Under the pieces are notes generated by a model, which worked only from the letters and a program-made list of their open reading frames with translations, searched no databases and was not told where the DNA came from. Positions 1 to 14,260 of a DNA stretch of 64,000 nucleotides are shown in pieces. The position numbers and the translations under genes were made by a program. Positions within the stretch are counted from its first letter, which is position 1. Each line of letters begins with the position of its first letter. The DNA comes from the human T2T-CHM13v2.0 reference genome, Homo sapiens. The stretch is taken from NCBI RefSeq assembly GCF_009914755.1, contig NC_060942.1; one strand, given 5' to 3'.

Positions 1-1719
1 TTGTGGGGGCATCTGTTGCCTGGAGGTCTCTGGAATAATACAACACAGGGCCCTGAGCCCCAGAAATGCTGGCTTATTCCTCTTGAGTTTCCTCCTCAGT
101 TAAGGGATTATTCAGGTTTCCAAAACACACAGTCTCTTATGACCTGAGAAAGGTCTCTCATTTGCATTTGCTCATTACGGTGGGTAATAGACTGGAAGTA
201 TGACCTTTCTCCAGTTAACGACCCTTCCCCACAGACGAGGCTTGCGTGCCTGTGTCTATAGCACATAGTGCGCCTGAGCTGATGATGTGGCTCTTCTGAA
301 CAGCTGCGGTGGCAGCCCTGAGGCCAAGGCCCCGGCTACTCTAGGCTGGGTGTGGGGTGGGAGGTGTGCTTTCCCACCAAAGGAAGTCTGGTTGTATAGG
401 CAGACTTGTCTCCCCGGTGGTTAGGGCTGTCTGAGGAGCTGCTCTTGTTTCCAAGAGTTTCAGGTACGTAGTGTACTGAGGGGAGCCCCCAGGATTAATA
501 CACAAAGTGGATGACACCTCCAGGTTACTAGAGAGGCAAACCTCACCCCCCCAGGACGGTCCCTTGCAAACCCTTGCAGTCCGCCATATCCATCTTTCCC
601 ACTGGATTCCAGTTCTCCAAGGAAAAGCCAGGGCCTGGAGCCAGGGCCACGCTGCCCGGTGTCCCAGCCCAGCAGGCATCAGGGTGGGTGGGGAGCCTGG
701 GCTGCCCGGAGGGGTGCTCCCTCTATGCCCTTGTACCCCACGTGGCTCCTTCTTTGAAGCTGTGTCTCAGTCCCAGGGGAGAGCCTTCCAGGATGGAGGT
801 TGAGAGGAGGGGAACGTGCATGGCTCTGTCTTCATCTCTGCGGTGACTTGCGTCGTAGGAGAGCTTTGGTGTGGGCTGTGCTGGCCAGTCATCACAGTGC
901 CCTGCAGGGCGCAGGGCTGAGGGCAGGCTGACCAGACCTTCCATGAAGAGATCGGGCTGGCGGGGACACTGGAGTCCTCACCCTGCTGAGTCCAGCTCTG
1001 CCACACGTGGGCTATTCTGAGCTATGGCGAGTCATCATCCTCAGTTTCCCTTTGGCGAAGTGGGCCCAGTGATGCCCAGGAGCACCTTTTGAGGGTTGAG
1101 TGTGCAGCTTTAAATGCGAATGCCCACGATTCTGTGTTCTCCAGCCAAGTGTGGGGTACCCAGACCTCTTCCAGTTCTTGCCCTTCTTTTAAGTGGTTTG
1201 CATGAGATCCTCCAAGCACTGTCACTTTTTGAAACCCTGGCTTTTGTTTCCAGTTTCCTTTTCCAACAATAACAGGAACTTTGTGTTTAGTGGTTGGTGG
1301 TTCCACCTTCACTTAATGGGTTCGTCATCTCTCTGGGCATGTGAGCAGGGCTCGGGATCACGTCTCTGCTATAGAGACACACGGTGAAAACAGGCTTCAG
1401 CAGAGAACCACCGTTTGAATTATATGATGGCTTAAAGAAAGCTCTGTGTCTACTTCTGACGTCTGTGTTTCTTGGTATGATGCTGGCACCTTAAAACATT
1501 TTTGCCCGTGTCTAGTAATATAGGAATTCATTCACTCATTTATTTATTCAACAAAATTTTCTTTGCTATTTGCAAAAATGTTATTTGCTATAGCAAATAA
1601 AAGCTATGCTCTATGCAATGGAAGAACACAGGTATGAACTATACAAGATTAATTCCTTTACAAAACTCTTAATAAAGGGAAAAACACTTATGAAAATAGA
1701 AGGTATCATTAATAATTAT

Positions 1720-1972
1720 AGCATACACTTACATAATACTCTCTGTGCCACACTATTCTTGGTGCTTTCTATTTATATTATTTCAATTAATCCTCATAGC
1801 AACGTGTGAGGTAGGTACTATTTCTGTCTCCTTTTTATAGCTAAGGGAACTGAACCACAGACAGGTTAAGTGGCTTGCGCAAGATTGCACAGCCAGTAAG
1901 TAGTAGAGCCAGCTTCGAAATCCAGGCACTCTTGCAGCAGTATCCACTCTTAATCACCTGTGCTACACTGCC
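1720..1972 (-). mobile_element. MIR SINE
   Basis: Reverse complement of the MIR core: ggtaggtactatt...gaactgaaccacagacaggttaagtggcttgcgcaagattgcacagccagtaagt. Confidence 0.75.
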
Positions 1973-2227
1973 TTGGAAAGCAGTTGTTACATTAGAAAAG
2001 TGAAGGCAGATAATCCTGTGGGGAATGGCTTGTAGCTTGAGAGGTTCCAGAGTTCACATCTCACTGTAGTAGGGATACACCCAGCCAAAGTCTGAAAGTT
2101 AGAAAAATTATTTTAAGAAGTATGTTTGCATAAGTTGATTCCTTCTCTTTCAGGTTTATCTGCCATAATTCATAAGGCTCATACAAAAATTCAATGCGAA
2201 AGTTAGGTCTTAAGGAAAACCACGTGA

Positions 2228-2606
<379 letters not shown>

Positions 2607-2701
2607 AGTTTGCTGTTTTTCAAACTACATAATCATGCTCCCTTACAGTGGCCTGGAGATGTCAGTATTCCTTTTTGCTCAATCAGTTTATTGTAGGTAA
2701 A

Positions 2702-2744
2702 TGTGTGTGTGTGTTGTGTGTGTGTGTGGTTTGTGTGTGTGTGT
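2702..2744 (+). repeat. Interrupted (TG)n microsatellite
   Basis: tgtgtgtgtgtgttgtgtgtgtgtgtggtttgtgtgtgtgtgt. Confidence 0.9.
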
Positions 2745-4272
2745 TTCTTTTTATCTACCTTCTTTGCTATATACATTTTGCCATATGAAAACCCTGGTAA
2801 CCACTGGGCACAGGTTTCTATTGGTAGACACCACTTATCCACGGAGGAAGTGAGGACCCGGAGGTGGGAGGCTTCCCCAGCAACATGGCTCACATCTCGT
2901 TTAAGGTGCTGACAGTGCTGGAGGCTGGGCTGTTTAAGGTGCTCAGCAGCACTGCACCCGCACTGAGCCCTGGAGCTCCCGCTCCCCACCCGCCCTCTGA
3001 GGCCCTCCCAGGCTGGCTCCTTTCTCCCTCTGTAGCTTCCTCCTCAATTAGGCTCTCTTCCAACTCCCAACTCAACCCTGGTTGTGCCAGAAGTGAACTC
3101 CTCTGTACCCCCTCCACCTGGGCAGGGCTCTACACTGCCACCCCTTCTGGTCACCTGCCTTCAGGGCCTGGCTGGGCGCCATCCTTATAGGGAGCCTCTC
3201 ATGGTTCCAGGGACCCAAAGTCCTTTGATCTGCCTCGCCCCTGAGACTTGCAAGTTCATACCATGGGGTCTGGCCTGAGGCAAGCCTCTTCCGGGTCGTT
3301 CTTCCTGCCTGATGGACCCTTAAAGCTGCATCTCCTGTTGCTGCCCTGAAGACTCTGGTTGTGTTTTCTGTGTCTCCGGCCTCGCTGCTGTTGGCTTCTG
3401 GGTCTTTATTCCATTGCAGGCCCTGTTGCTGTAGACAGCCCTTGGGTTTTATGTGTTCAACTTTCGACCAACCTGCACTTTGGCACATTGCATGTTGTGA
3501 CACATAAACCATTTTTGGTGTGCTAAGTTCAAAGTTTTGAACAACAGCTGATGAACAAATATTTTGAGCTATGATTTGCTGGCACTGCTTGCAAGTTTGG
3601 TTTCTGAAGCATTTATTTATTCAGTCTACATTCATTCCAAAATATTTGCAAGTGCCTATGGAGATCCAAGCATTGCTCCAGAGAATAGAAGCTAAGCCGC
3701 CACACCTGGTTCCCACCCTTGGGAAGCTTTCAGCCCAGCCTCACCTCCTTTAAAATCTTTGTGCATTAGGGACTGAAAACCAGGAAATAGAGATTTTATA
3801 TAAATGAATACATAGATGATTGAATTTAGTGGTGGCTTGATTCTAGGACACAGAATACTTCATGTACTTTTATCACCAATGATGAAAACTTGCGGTGAGT
3901 GCTTCAATTGGAATGTATTTGCTTGGCTTTACAAATGACCTTAGGGCTATATTTATAGAATCATTAAGGGTCTGAAGGAGTTCCTTAAATTTTTAGTTAT
4001 ACTTTGCTGCATTTTATTGGGAACATTATTTGCTATAATGGCATCTATGCAGTTGGGGATCCACATAGGTTTTGGGACAAGGACATCTGTACGTAGACAT
4101 CTACAACCCAGAGGTATGCTCGTTAATGTTAATTTTTGTGTCATTTTACAACATATTGTGCCATATAAATGATCATCCAAAAAAGGAAGCAATGAATTTG
4201 GAAGTCATCAAGCCATAGTTTTGGATCATGATTAGGTCCAAACTTTTGCAGACCTGATACCTATCTTGGAGA

Positions 4273-4368
4273 TTTTTATTTTTTTTATTTTTTAGAGACA
4301 ATCTTGCTCCTTTGCCCAGGCTACAGGAGGCTGGGGTGCAGTGGTACAATCATAGCTCACCACAACCT
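4273..4368 (-). mobile_element. 5'-truncated old Alu (AluJ-type) 3' fragment
   Basis: T-rich tail followed by agagacaatcttgctcc..gcccaggct..gtgcagtggtacaatcatagctcac. ACCTATCT occurs on both sides and may be a diverged TSD. Confidence 0.75.
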
Positions 4369-4389
4369 ATCTGAGAGTCTTTTAAGTTC

Positions 4390-4575
4390 TTTACGTGAAT
4401 GATTTAATTTTATTGTTAAAATATCCACACAAATAGAGACTGTTAATATCTGCCGTTTATAGGTATCCAAACTGTGACCCAGAAAGGTTAAGTCACTTTC
4501 CCAAGATCACACAGGTAATAAGTAGTTGCACCAGGATTCAAACCCGGCAGTCTTATTCTAGTGCCACCATGTTAT
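4390..4575 (-). mobile_element. MIR SINE
   Basis: cagaaaggttaagtcactttcccaagatcacacaggtaataagtagttgcaccaggattcaaacccggcagtct. Confidence 0.75.
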
Positions 4576-7287
4576 AGCCTCTCCCTTCTTTGCACCTGAA
4601 ATTTCTCAGCTCTAAAATAAGGGAATTGGTTTATATAACCTTTAGGGTCTCTTCCAGCCTAACATTATGTGGTCTCTGACGTATTAGCTGGTAGAAGACT
4701 GGATGTACCCTCACGTGCACATGTTCACACACACCTCCACAGACACAGACGTGAGCCTGGTGGACCTCCCGGAAGGCGTGCAGCAGGAATAAATCATGCC
4801 AAGAGCTATGGGTGAGGAGAGAACCTCGGCACCATTCTGCAGGCACTTTCAGGGGAGCAACACCTGTGTCTTGTTAACTGGCTACTACATTTTGTGATTT
4901 ATAATGGAAAAAAGTGACACCTGCAATACTGAGAACCTTTTTAAAAGGGGGGTTCTCAGGACACAGCCTAGCAGAGCACAGAATGTCTTCACATCTCCAT
5001 TTTTCACAAAAATAAAGCACACGGGCCTTAATTGAAGATGAGCTTCATGAAAGCATATCTGAGGTTGGTGGCAGATTGTGGAAAACTGACAAAGCATTGC
5101 TTTCTTTATTATAAACAAATAATCAACAAATACAAATAGTGGATTATGAATTAGAAATTGCTTGTGTTAGATTGTCCAGAATATCAAACACTACATTGAT
5201 GCTGTTGCTCCTGAAACATCACTCTTAAGATAAGCAACAAGGGTGAGATTATAAGGAGGAAATTACATAATCATAGAAAATAAAATAACATCGCCACCAA
5301 TAAAAGATGCCAGCACTAAATAACAGCCCCTGTCTAGCCCTGTCTCTGCCAAGCCCCACTCTGAGCGTTCTGTGGGCATTATCTCCCTGCATGGCCTCTG
5401 GAAGGAATCTTACTGCCATTTTAAGCATAAGGAAAACACAGCTTAAATATGTGGCCCAGTCTAGCATTTATTTTGTAGTGGAATCAGGGTTTAAACTGGA
5501 GACCCTCAGTACTGAACCCTACTGTTTATCCTGCTGGAAGAAGTTCACGGTGAAACTTTACTCAGGCTTTGGGGCCCAAGTGCAGACCTTCCATGCATGG
5601 GCAGAGAACAAAGTGGTCCCTGGTCAGCCCTGAATCCCTGCTTCCTGGGCTTCACAGAGGGTAACAAATGACCACAGAATACTCACTTCAGAACGGTCGC
5701 GACACTGCAGAAGACTTTAGTCCCATTCACTGGTGCTGGAAGGCACCTCAGGACTCAGCATCTCAGTGCACAGGGAGCCTAGGGTAGCTTGGGGTGACTT
5801 AGTTCAGCAAGGTGCCCTCATGCAAGAAGCCGCCCAGCTGTGGTAATGGGATGGGGAAGCCTCTAAGTCTCCTTTTTGTACAGAGAAAGGCACGCCAGGG
5901 ACGCTGAGCAAAATAGTCACGGCTCCTTAAAAGCAGGGAGAACATCCTTCCGCGCTGAGCACTGCACACCCTCTTCTGCAGTCTCTGCGAGGGAGAGCCC
6001 TGCAGGGCGGATGTCCACCAGGCTGCCGGTTCCAGCCCTTGCTGCCCGTGTAGGGGTGTCCATGGGCGCTTGGTTCTGGGCCTGTGTGGGAATAGTTTTG
6101 TATAGTTTGACTCTTATTTCCAGATCATTCGTGTCCTGGGCTGTGTGGGAGCCAGTGGTAGGCAAGGGGTGTGGAATTAGGAGGCCTACCTGGCTTCCAC
6201 CCCTCTCCCTGGGTCTGTGGAGGCTGCAGCTCCATCAGGCCATCACCCGCTCACTGCAGCTGGGTGTGCCAGGCAAGGAGGTGAGCATGCAGGGTGGCCT
6301 CCCAGCCCTCCCCCAGGTGACCTGTGCTCATTTCCGTTTCTGAGTCCCCACTTCCTCCTCTAAGGTCATGGCAAAGAGCCCTGGCGGCTGCTGCATCCAG
6401 TCCCATCCCTGCCCTGCCTGGGAGTCCTCAGGGTTCCCTGAGTCTCCCTAGGCATCTGGTAGCCGAGAATAGAAGCTTCTGGCCTTCACGCGTCAGAAGG
6501 CACCCGTGGCTGCCCCTTACTTCTGCCTCCCAGCGTTTTGTAGACATTCTTCTCCTGAGTTCCCCCTGCCCCCCACCCACCGCCCTGTTGTTTCCCTAAG
6601 TGCCGTTTGTAGAATTAAAAGATACCGTGGACACTTAGAGGAGGCAGAAATACAGGTATTCCTACAAACTGGGTCCCCTGCAGGAAAAAACGTGCCCTTC
6701 AGAGTGCCAGAAAGCTAGCCTGGGGGACGGGCCTGGGGCTGGGGTGGGCAGGAGTCCTCGCTGCACCTGCAGCCTTGGGGCCCCTGCCGTGCCTATGCTG
6801 CAGTCACTGACTCCTTAGACCTGTGCCTAGTCTCCTACTGAAGGGCTACCCCATGCTTCTGATGCTCATTACACACCAGCTACGGAACTCCCCCGGGGAG
6901 GAGCTCTGTTTCAAACACGTTAATTTCTGTTGTGAGGGGTCAGTTACCGTTTATCTAAGTATTACTGAATTAATAGCAATTTTTGGCCAATATGTGTTTC
7001 TCGGATTCATTCCATTATTGTGCCATTCCTTTGGTCACTGAACATTCATGATTATGGAGCAAGAAGCTCAGTGCACATGTCACATGGGCTTACACTGTGG
7101 GAGGTCAGAGCTGCAGGGGAGACTAGACAGAGAGAAGACTAGAAGACTAGACAGAGAGAGATGGTGATGTGAGCTTCAGCCCCAAATCCGGAGAAATACT
7201 CTGTCTAGCCTAAATAAGGCTTAGTCATTGCCACTTGCAAATAAAGAGAGATATTCCTGCAAATATATGCTTGTTAAAAACCAGTAA

Positions 7288-7680
<393 letters not shown>

Positions 7681-8065
7681 TCAGCAAGCCTTGCTCCAGC
7701 CTTCATAGTGCCATGTGCTGTGCCAGGCTGTGGGCTGTAGCTGCTTGCCGCTCAACCTTGGTGACATGCTCTCCAACTAGCAGAGGCGGAAAGCTGGTGT
7801 TGGGAAGGAGTGTGGCACTGGAGCTGGTAGCAACTCCCTGGGGAGTCTAGCAGGCTCTGGGTTAATCCTGGCAGTCCTCTCAGGCTGGGCACAACTTAGC
7901 CTGCATTGAGCCTGGGTGAATGAATGCCTGCCACACCACTGGTGTCCAGAAGCCTTTACTGTATTTCCTTAATATTGATGTAATCATGATGAGCCACCAC
8001 TTCTAGAAAACTCTGAACATTTTTGGCCTTTAAGGGAACAAGTTTCTAATTTTAAGACTAAAGAA

Positions 8066-8397
<332 letters not shown>

Positions 8398-8725
8398 TTA
8401 CTACATTTCTCACTGTGCTGTGTCTTGAGCATCTTCCAGTACCGTACCTGGGAGGGCTGAGTCCACGAGGCGCTCGTGCTCACTCACTCTCCATTTGTGC
8501 TTCTAGCTGCTGACCTCTGGAGTGAATTTTTCTGCAGAAATCCTTGGCTGCTCCCCATGTGTGCACCTGAAGAGTTATAGAAAGCCCTGTTCACGTTTCT
8601 TTCACACATGTCCTTTATGTCATGGGCAACCTGTGTTCATTGAAATTTTATGATTTCTTTGTATCACGTGTGTATAATTTTCACTGTACAAGAAACTTAT
8701 ATACTTAAAACATCTTCCAGTGTTA

Positions 8726-9027
<302 letters not shown>

Positions 9028-9329
9028 CTTCCAGTGTTTTATTGGCTACTGATTTGGACACTTAGTGGAGAGAGGCAGAAATGCTGGTTTGTGTGATTTA
9101 TACAGCTGTAATATTTAATGGCTTTACACGACTAATGGGCCCTCTGGTTCAAGGTGAAACCAGAGGAGCAAAGTGTGTGCTGATTCTTGTCCATCTTCTT
9201 CTTTAGCTTGTGTGTCTGTGTGGACGTCTGTGACAGGAGCACAGATATCAGGTACAAGTGAAAGAAACAAAACTCAGCCCCAAAGTGCACTGACTTCTCT
9301 TTTCCCCTCCCTTTAGCGCATTTGAGTCC

Positions 9330-10160
9330 ATTTAAGTTGAAGCAACTATTAGCCACCTACTGTGCTGGCCCCTGGGGATGCAAAGATAATGACGTGGGTG
9401 AGCAAAGAGACAAGCAATGACAGCAAGGTGATTAGCACTGTGTTGGGGGATGCGCGGGTTGCCATGGGAACATGGAAGCGGTGGTACTCAGTTCCTGGAT
9501 GGGGATGGGAATACTGGAGAAGGCTTCACAGTCTTGGCGAAGGGTTTTTCTGTTTTTGTTTTTTGCTAAAAGGTCAGTAGGCATTTGTCACGCAAGGGAA
9601 TGAGGAGCAAGTCATTCTAGGCAGGAGGAACCGTGTACATGAAGGTGCAGTGATGGGAAGCCATGGTATGCCTGAGAGGCATTTTGGCCTCCAGGGGGAT
9701 GTGTAGGATTTAGGAAAGACTCAGGAAGATGCTCGGGACCACATGGCGAAGGGCACGTATGCCTCGCTAATACGGACTATGTCCTGGAAGTGATGGAATC
9801 TATGGAAAGATTTGAGGTCGAGGAGTGACATGACATTTATCATCCAGAGATAACAGTTTGCTTAATAGAATAAACTTTCATTCATTCAGCAAATATTTTT
9901 GAGACTGTATTACATGCCAGAAACTGTTCTGGGACCCAGGGAAATAACAAATAAACAATACTGTGAACATTCCTTGTATTCAGGAGAACTTACATTCTAG
10001 CGATTGAAGGCAGTAAATACAATAAAAGTTAATTATATGATTTATTGATTCATTTGTTTTTGCTTCATTTAAAGGTGGTAAGCCTTATAGGAAAAAATAA
10101 GGCAAGGAACATAGTCCTGGACCTGGGTGTGGAGAAGGCCCCATTTATCAATAGGTAGCT
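9330..10160 (-). mobile_element. Two adjacent degraded L2 3' fragments
   Basis: cacctactgtgctggccctggggatgcaaagat (~9355) and ttcattcattcagcaaatatttttgag..atgccagaaactgttctggg..cttacattctag (~9878-10000). Confidence 0.6.
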
Positions 10161-11764
10161 TTGTTATACTTAAATATAAAGAAAACTTGCTTTCATTTAT
10201 ATTTTTATGAATTTACTTTCAGTGTGCATTTTGGGACTAAGCTTCTGGGTTACATTTGTCTCATTTATGCCAATTATTCTTGCTGTTTTATGCACTTTTC
10301 CACAGAGATAGTATTGAGAAAACCTGGATTGGCTGTGGAGCAGAATTAAAGCTCAGCTGTCAGCCTACTGGGGCACTTCCTCCCTCCAGGAAGGTGGAGG
10401 AATATGACACGTCGGGGCTCCAGATGAGAGCTGTGTTCAGAGGAGGAAGTGGTTTTTCCAGGTAGATGGGGCCATCCCTTCTCTCTTTAATGATGACAGA
10501 ATGGGACAGAGCAGAGCTGGCCTCAGCAGGAGCGTTCAGGCTGGAGTGAGGACCAGCGTGAGTTTTCCGTGCTGGGGTTGACGGCCTGGGGAGGCAGCTG
10601 CATTGTTCTCATCCTGTGCTTCCCGAGGTCGAGGCTCTGACACCATCCTGCTCTTCATCTGACTGACTTGGGTCCAGCGATGGCATCAGTGAATGAGTCT
10701 GTGGGCGGGGCCTGGGTGGTGTTTGAGGTTTGTCTGTTTGGAGAAGGGGTGGGGACAGAAGGGAGGCTGGGGTGAGGGGTGAGGGTGATTCATACCTGTG
10801 AGAGGGAGGCTGAGATTCCCCGAGGGCAGGACGGTGGACCACAGTGACCCTGTGGGAAGAGGTCTGGGGACGGATGGCCCATGGCGGCAGGGTGCGCAGA
10901 GCTCCTGGGTGCTGGGCCATCAGGCCACACTGCACAGGTGAAACCGGCTCTCAACAGGACATGCCCTCGGGGAAGAACTGAACAGAAAGACAGATTTGTT
11001 GTTAATTTTGGAAGGTAGGGGATTTTATCAGCCAGTGTTCCATTGAGGATAATGGGTTTTAAGCCCCTGCTCCTGTTTGTTGACCACGTTATTTTGAAGT
11101 CTCCCAAGTCTACTAGAAATATTCTCTTTTTGGTTACTGGGGAGATAGACAAAGGAATTTAGGAAATCCTTAACTGGCACTTAGTACTATAAAGAAGTTC
11201 TTTATGAAAGGTCTGAAATGGGCATGTTCAGTCAAAAAATATTTTGTCTTTGCAGAGCTTGGAATTCTGGCCTGGCATAGGTTGTCAGAAATAAGTAGTT
11301 TTTCCTAATAAAGCTGTAACTTTCAGGGCAGGTGAGAGGTTCCCATCTCTCTGCCCAGTAGCGGGGCTGGTTCTAGGTCAGCCTGGAGCTCAGCCTGCTG
11401 AGAACCCAACAGCCCCACCCGTGCCTCTTCCTACTGCAGCTTGGTGTACAGGGGAGTGCACGCAATAGCTTGCCACCCACTTTGATCCCAGCCTTGAGTG
11501 TTATCAGTTACAGGAGCCAAAAGCCATTCTTTTAAGTACCAAGTCTCCATCTGGGAAGGAAGAGACAGTTTAGTTCACCAGCAGACCTTCCTTGTTTGGG
11601 GCCTGGGACATTCTCCTGCAGTAGAACATCCTGCCATCCATAAAAGAGGTATGAAGATGCCATCACAAAATTCTGGTGTGGGTTGGTTGAAGAATACAGG
11701 GAACATGGGTGTTTATGTAGCCCACGCCCTATGAGGTCAGTGAGGTTTGAGATCTCAGAAGGAA

Positions 11765-12111
<347 letters not shown>

Positions 12112-12829
12112 TCAGAAGGAAGACGTTTTCAAATTTCATAAAGTTGGGAAGGATTCTAGGCAGATGCCATGAGAAGCTCAAGGCAAGAAAGTCAGGCAGT
12201 TTTTACCCAAGTGGGAAAAAAATAGCAAGCTGTGACCCACCTGAGGGCAAGGCTGGGGGCAGCCGGGCAGCCATACATGGGCTGGTGGAGTCTTGACTTA
12301 TCCCTGGCTCTGAGCTGGTTGCAGATATTAAGAAATAAGACAGGTGGAGAAATCAGCACTCACACCCAGTTCTCAGGGTGCCGGAGGCTGGAAGGGAAGG
12401 AGCTGGCTGTTTCCTGAATCAACAGTCCAGGGCTTCAGCCAGACAATGGATTTTCTCTCCAAAACACACAGTGTTGTGCTGAGAGAGAACATTGTGATTT
12501 AGGAGCACAGCCAGATGACTGGGTAGGGACAGATGGAAAAAGCCTAGCTATTTATGACCTTGAGGACAGGAGAGAACGATTCCATAATTGAAGACCACAG
12601 GTAACTAAAAAAACCATGTGGCCAGTAACTTTAACTAATTCTGCCTTTAAAAATCTTTCACCATTTGCTAATAATATATTATTTCCTTCTTTTATCTCCT
12701 TCCTGCCTCATTTTCCATATATTTATTTCTAGTGAGGATAATATCCTCAGCTAGAGAAAATTTTCTTCACCCAAAGGGACACCCATAGTTAACTGTGGTT
12801 CCTATAAGAACCTCTCCACAGGCTTTTAC

Positions 12830-14260
12830 ATCTATTCATTGATTTCTTTAATAATATTGATTGATTGCTTACAGTAATAATACTGATTGATTGCTGGCCA
12901 CGTACCACACTCTGGGGACTCATTAGTAAGACCAGGCAGACATAAATCCCTGCCCTCATGTAGTTTATGCTCTAATGGAGAAAAGAAGACAAGAAATATG
13001 ATGTGTATATTTGACTATCATGTTAGATGGAAATATGAGTAGGAGAGAAGAGTGAAGCAGGAAAGGAGGTAGGAGGAGCCGGGAGTCTGGGAGGTGAGAT
13101 GGGGAGTGGAGTGAGGGAGGCCACGGCGATGGTGATGTTTGCACGAAGGCCTGATGAAAGTGAGGGAGTTGGCTGAGCAGGGGTCTCAGGAAAGCTCTGG
13201 GCAGAGGAGCAGCAGGTATGGATGAGCCCTGTGTGCAGGGAGCAGCGAGGAGGCCAGGCATCCAGAGCCAACCTCGGGAGGGCAAGGGGAGGCTGGAGAG
13301 CTGGTGGGAGCCACATCAGGGAGGGTCATGTCAAGTTCATTATGAGGACTTGGGTTTTCACTCTGAGTAAAATGAAAGCTGTTGGAGAGACCTGATCTGA
13401 CTTCCATCTCAGCAGGAACATCCTGACTGCTCTCTTATGAGTAAACCGTGGTGGAAGGACAGGGGAGGAGCTAGGAGATCACCATGGGGAGGGGAGATTG
13501 TACCTTGGAGGAGGGTGACTGTAGTGAGGTGGTGGGAAGGGGTCCATTTCCAGTGGGTTTTGGAGGTGGAGCCAACAGAGTGTGTGGATGGGTTGGGATG
13601 TAAGGGAAAGGAAGGGATTATGGATGACTGCAGTGGCATCTCTATCCCCAGTGCAGTTTCTGAGATAGGGAAAGCTACTGGGGGAGTGACTTTGGGTGGG
13701 AAAATGAGGTATTTGGCCTTGGACATAGTAAGCTGAGATGTCTATTATACATTCCACAAGGATATGTTGAACAAGTGACTGGAGGAGTCTGGGGTCTAGG
13801 GCAAGGTGGAAAGGTCAGGGATAAATGTGGGAATTGTTAGTGTGAGACAGTGACTGCTAGAGATGGCAAAGGAATGGTGTATGCAGAAAAGAGAATGGAG
13901 CCAAGGGTGAGCTGGAGCACTCCAAGGTTAAGAGGTCAGGGAGTGGAGGAGGAGCTGAGAGGTGTGGAGAGGAGTGCAGTGCCATGTGCGTCGGGACATG
14001 GGAAGGATGCGGTTCCCTGTGGGAGGGAGCAGAGGTGTCAACTGGGGTCTGGTGAGATGAGGCCAAGTTAACCACATGGGGGTCTCCAGGGACCTGGCCA
14101 GGCGGTGTTGGTGCAGTGATGGGCCCCAAAGCCTGATTCGGATTTGTTTAGGGGAGAATCAGAAATTAGACACAGTGAGTACAGAAAACTTGTTTGCAGC
14201 ATTAAACTGTGGGAGCAGAGAAATGGGCCATGGGGCCCAGAGCATCTTTTTATAAGACCA
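12830..14260 (-). mobile_element. L2 LINE fragment (3' end plus ORF2 remnant)
   Basis: L2 3' signature attcatt..cagacataaatccctgccctcatg. The minus-strand ORF 13409-13726 (MSKAKYLIFPPK..FPIS) resembles the L2 reverse-transcriptase C-terminal region. Confidence 0.8.

Noticed and set aside
7121-7160. Short direct repeat GACTAGACAGAGAGA
   Set aside because: Low-complexity purine-rich slippage product with no further structure.
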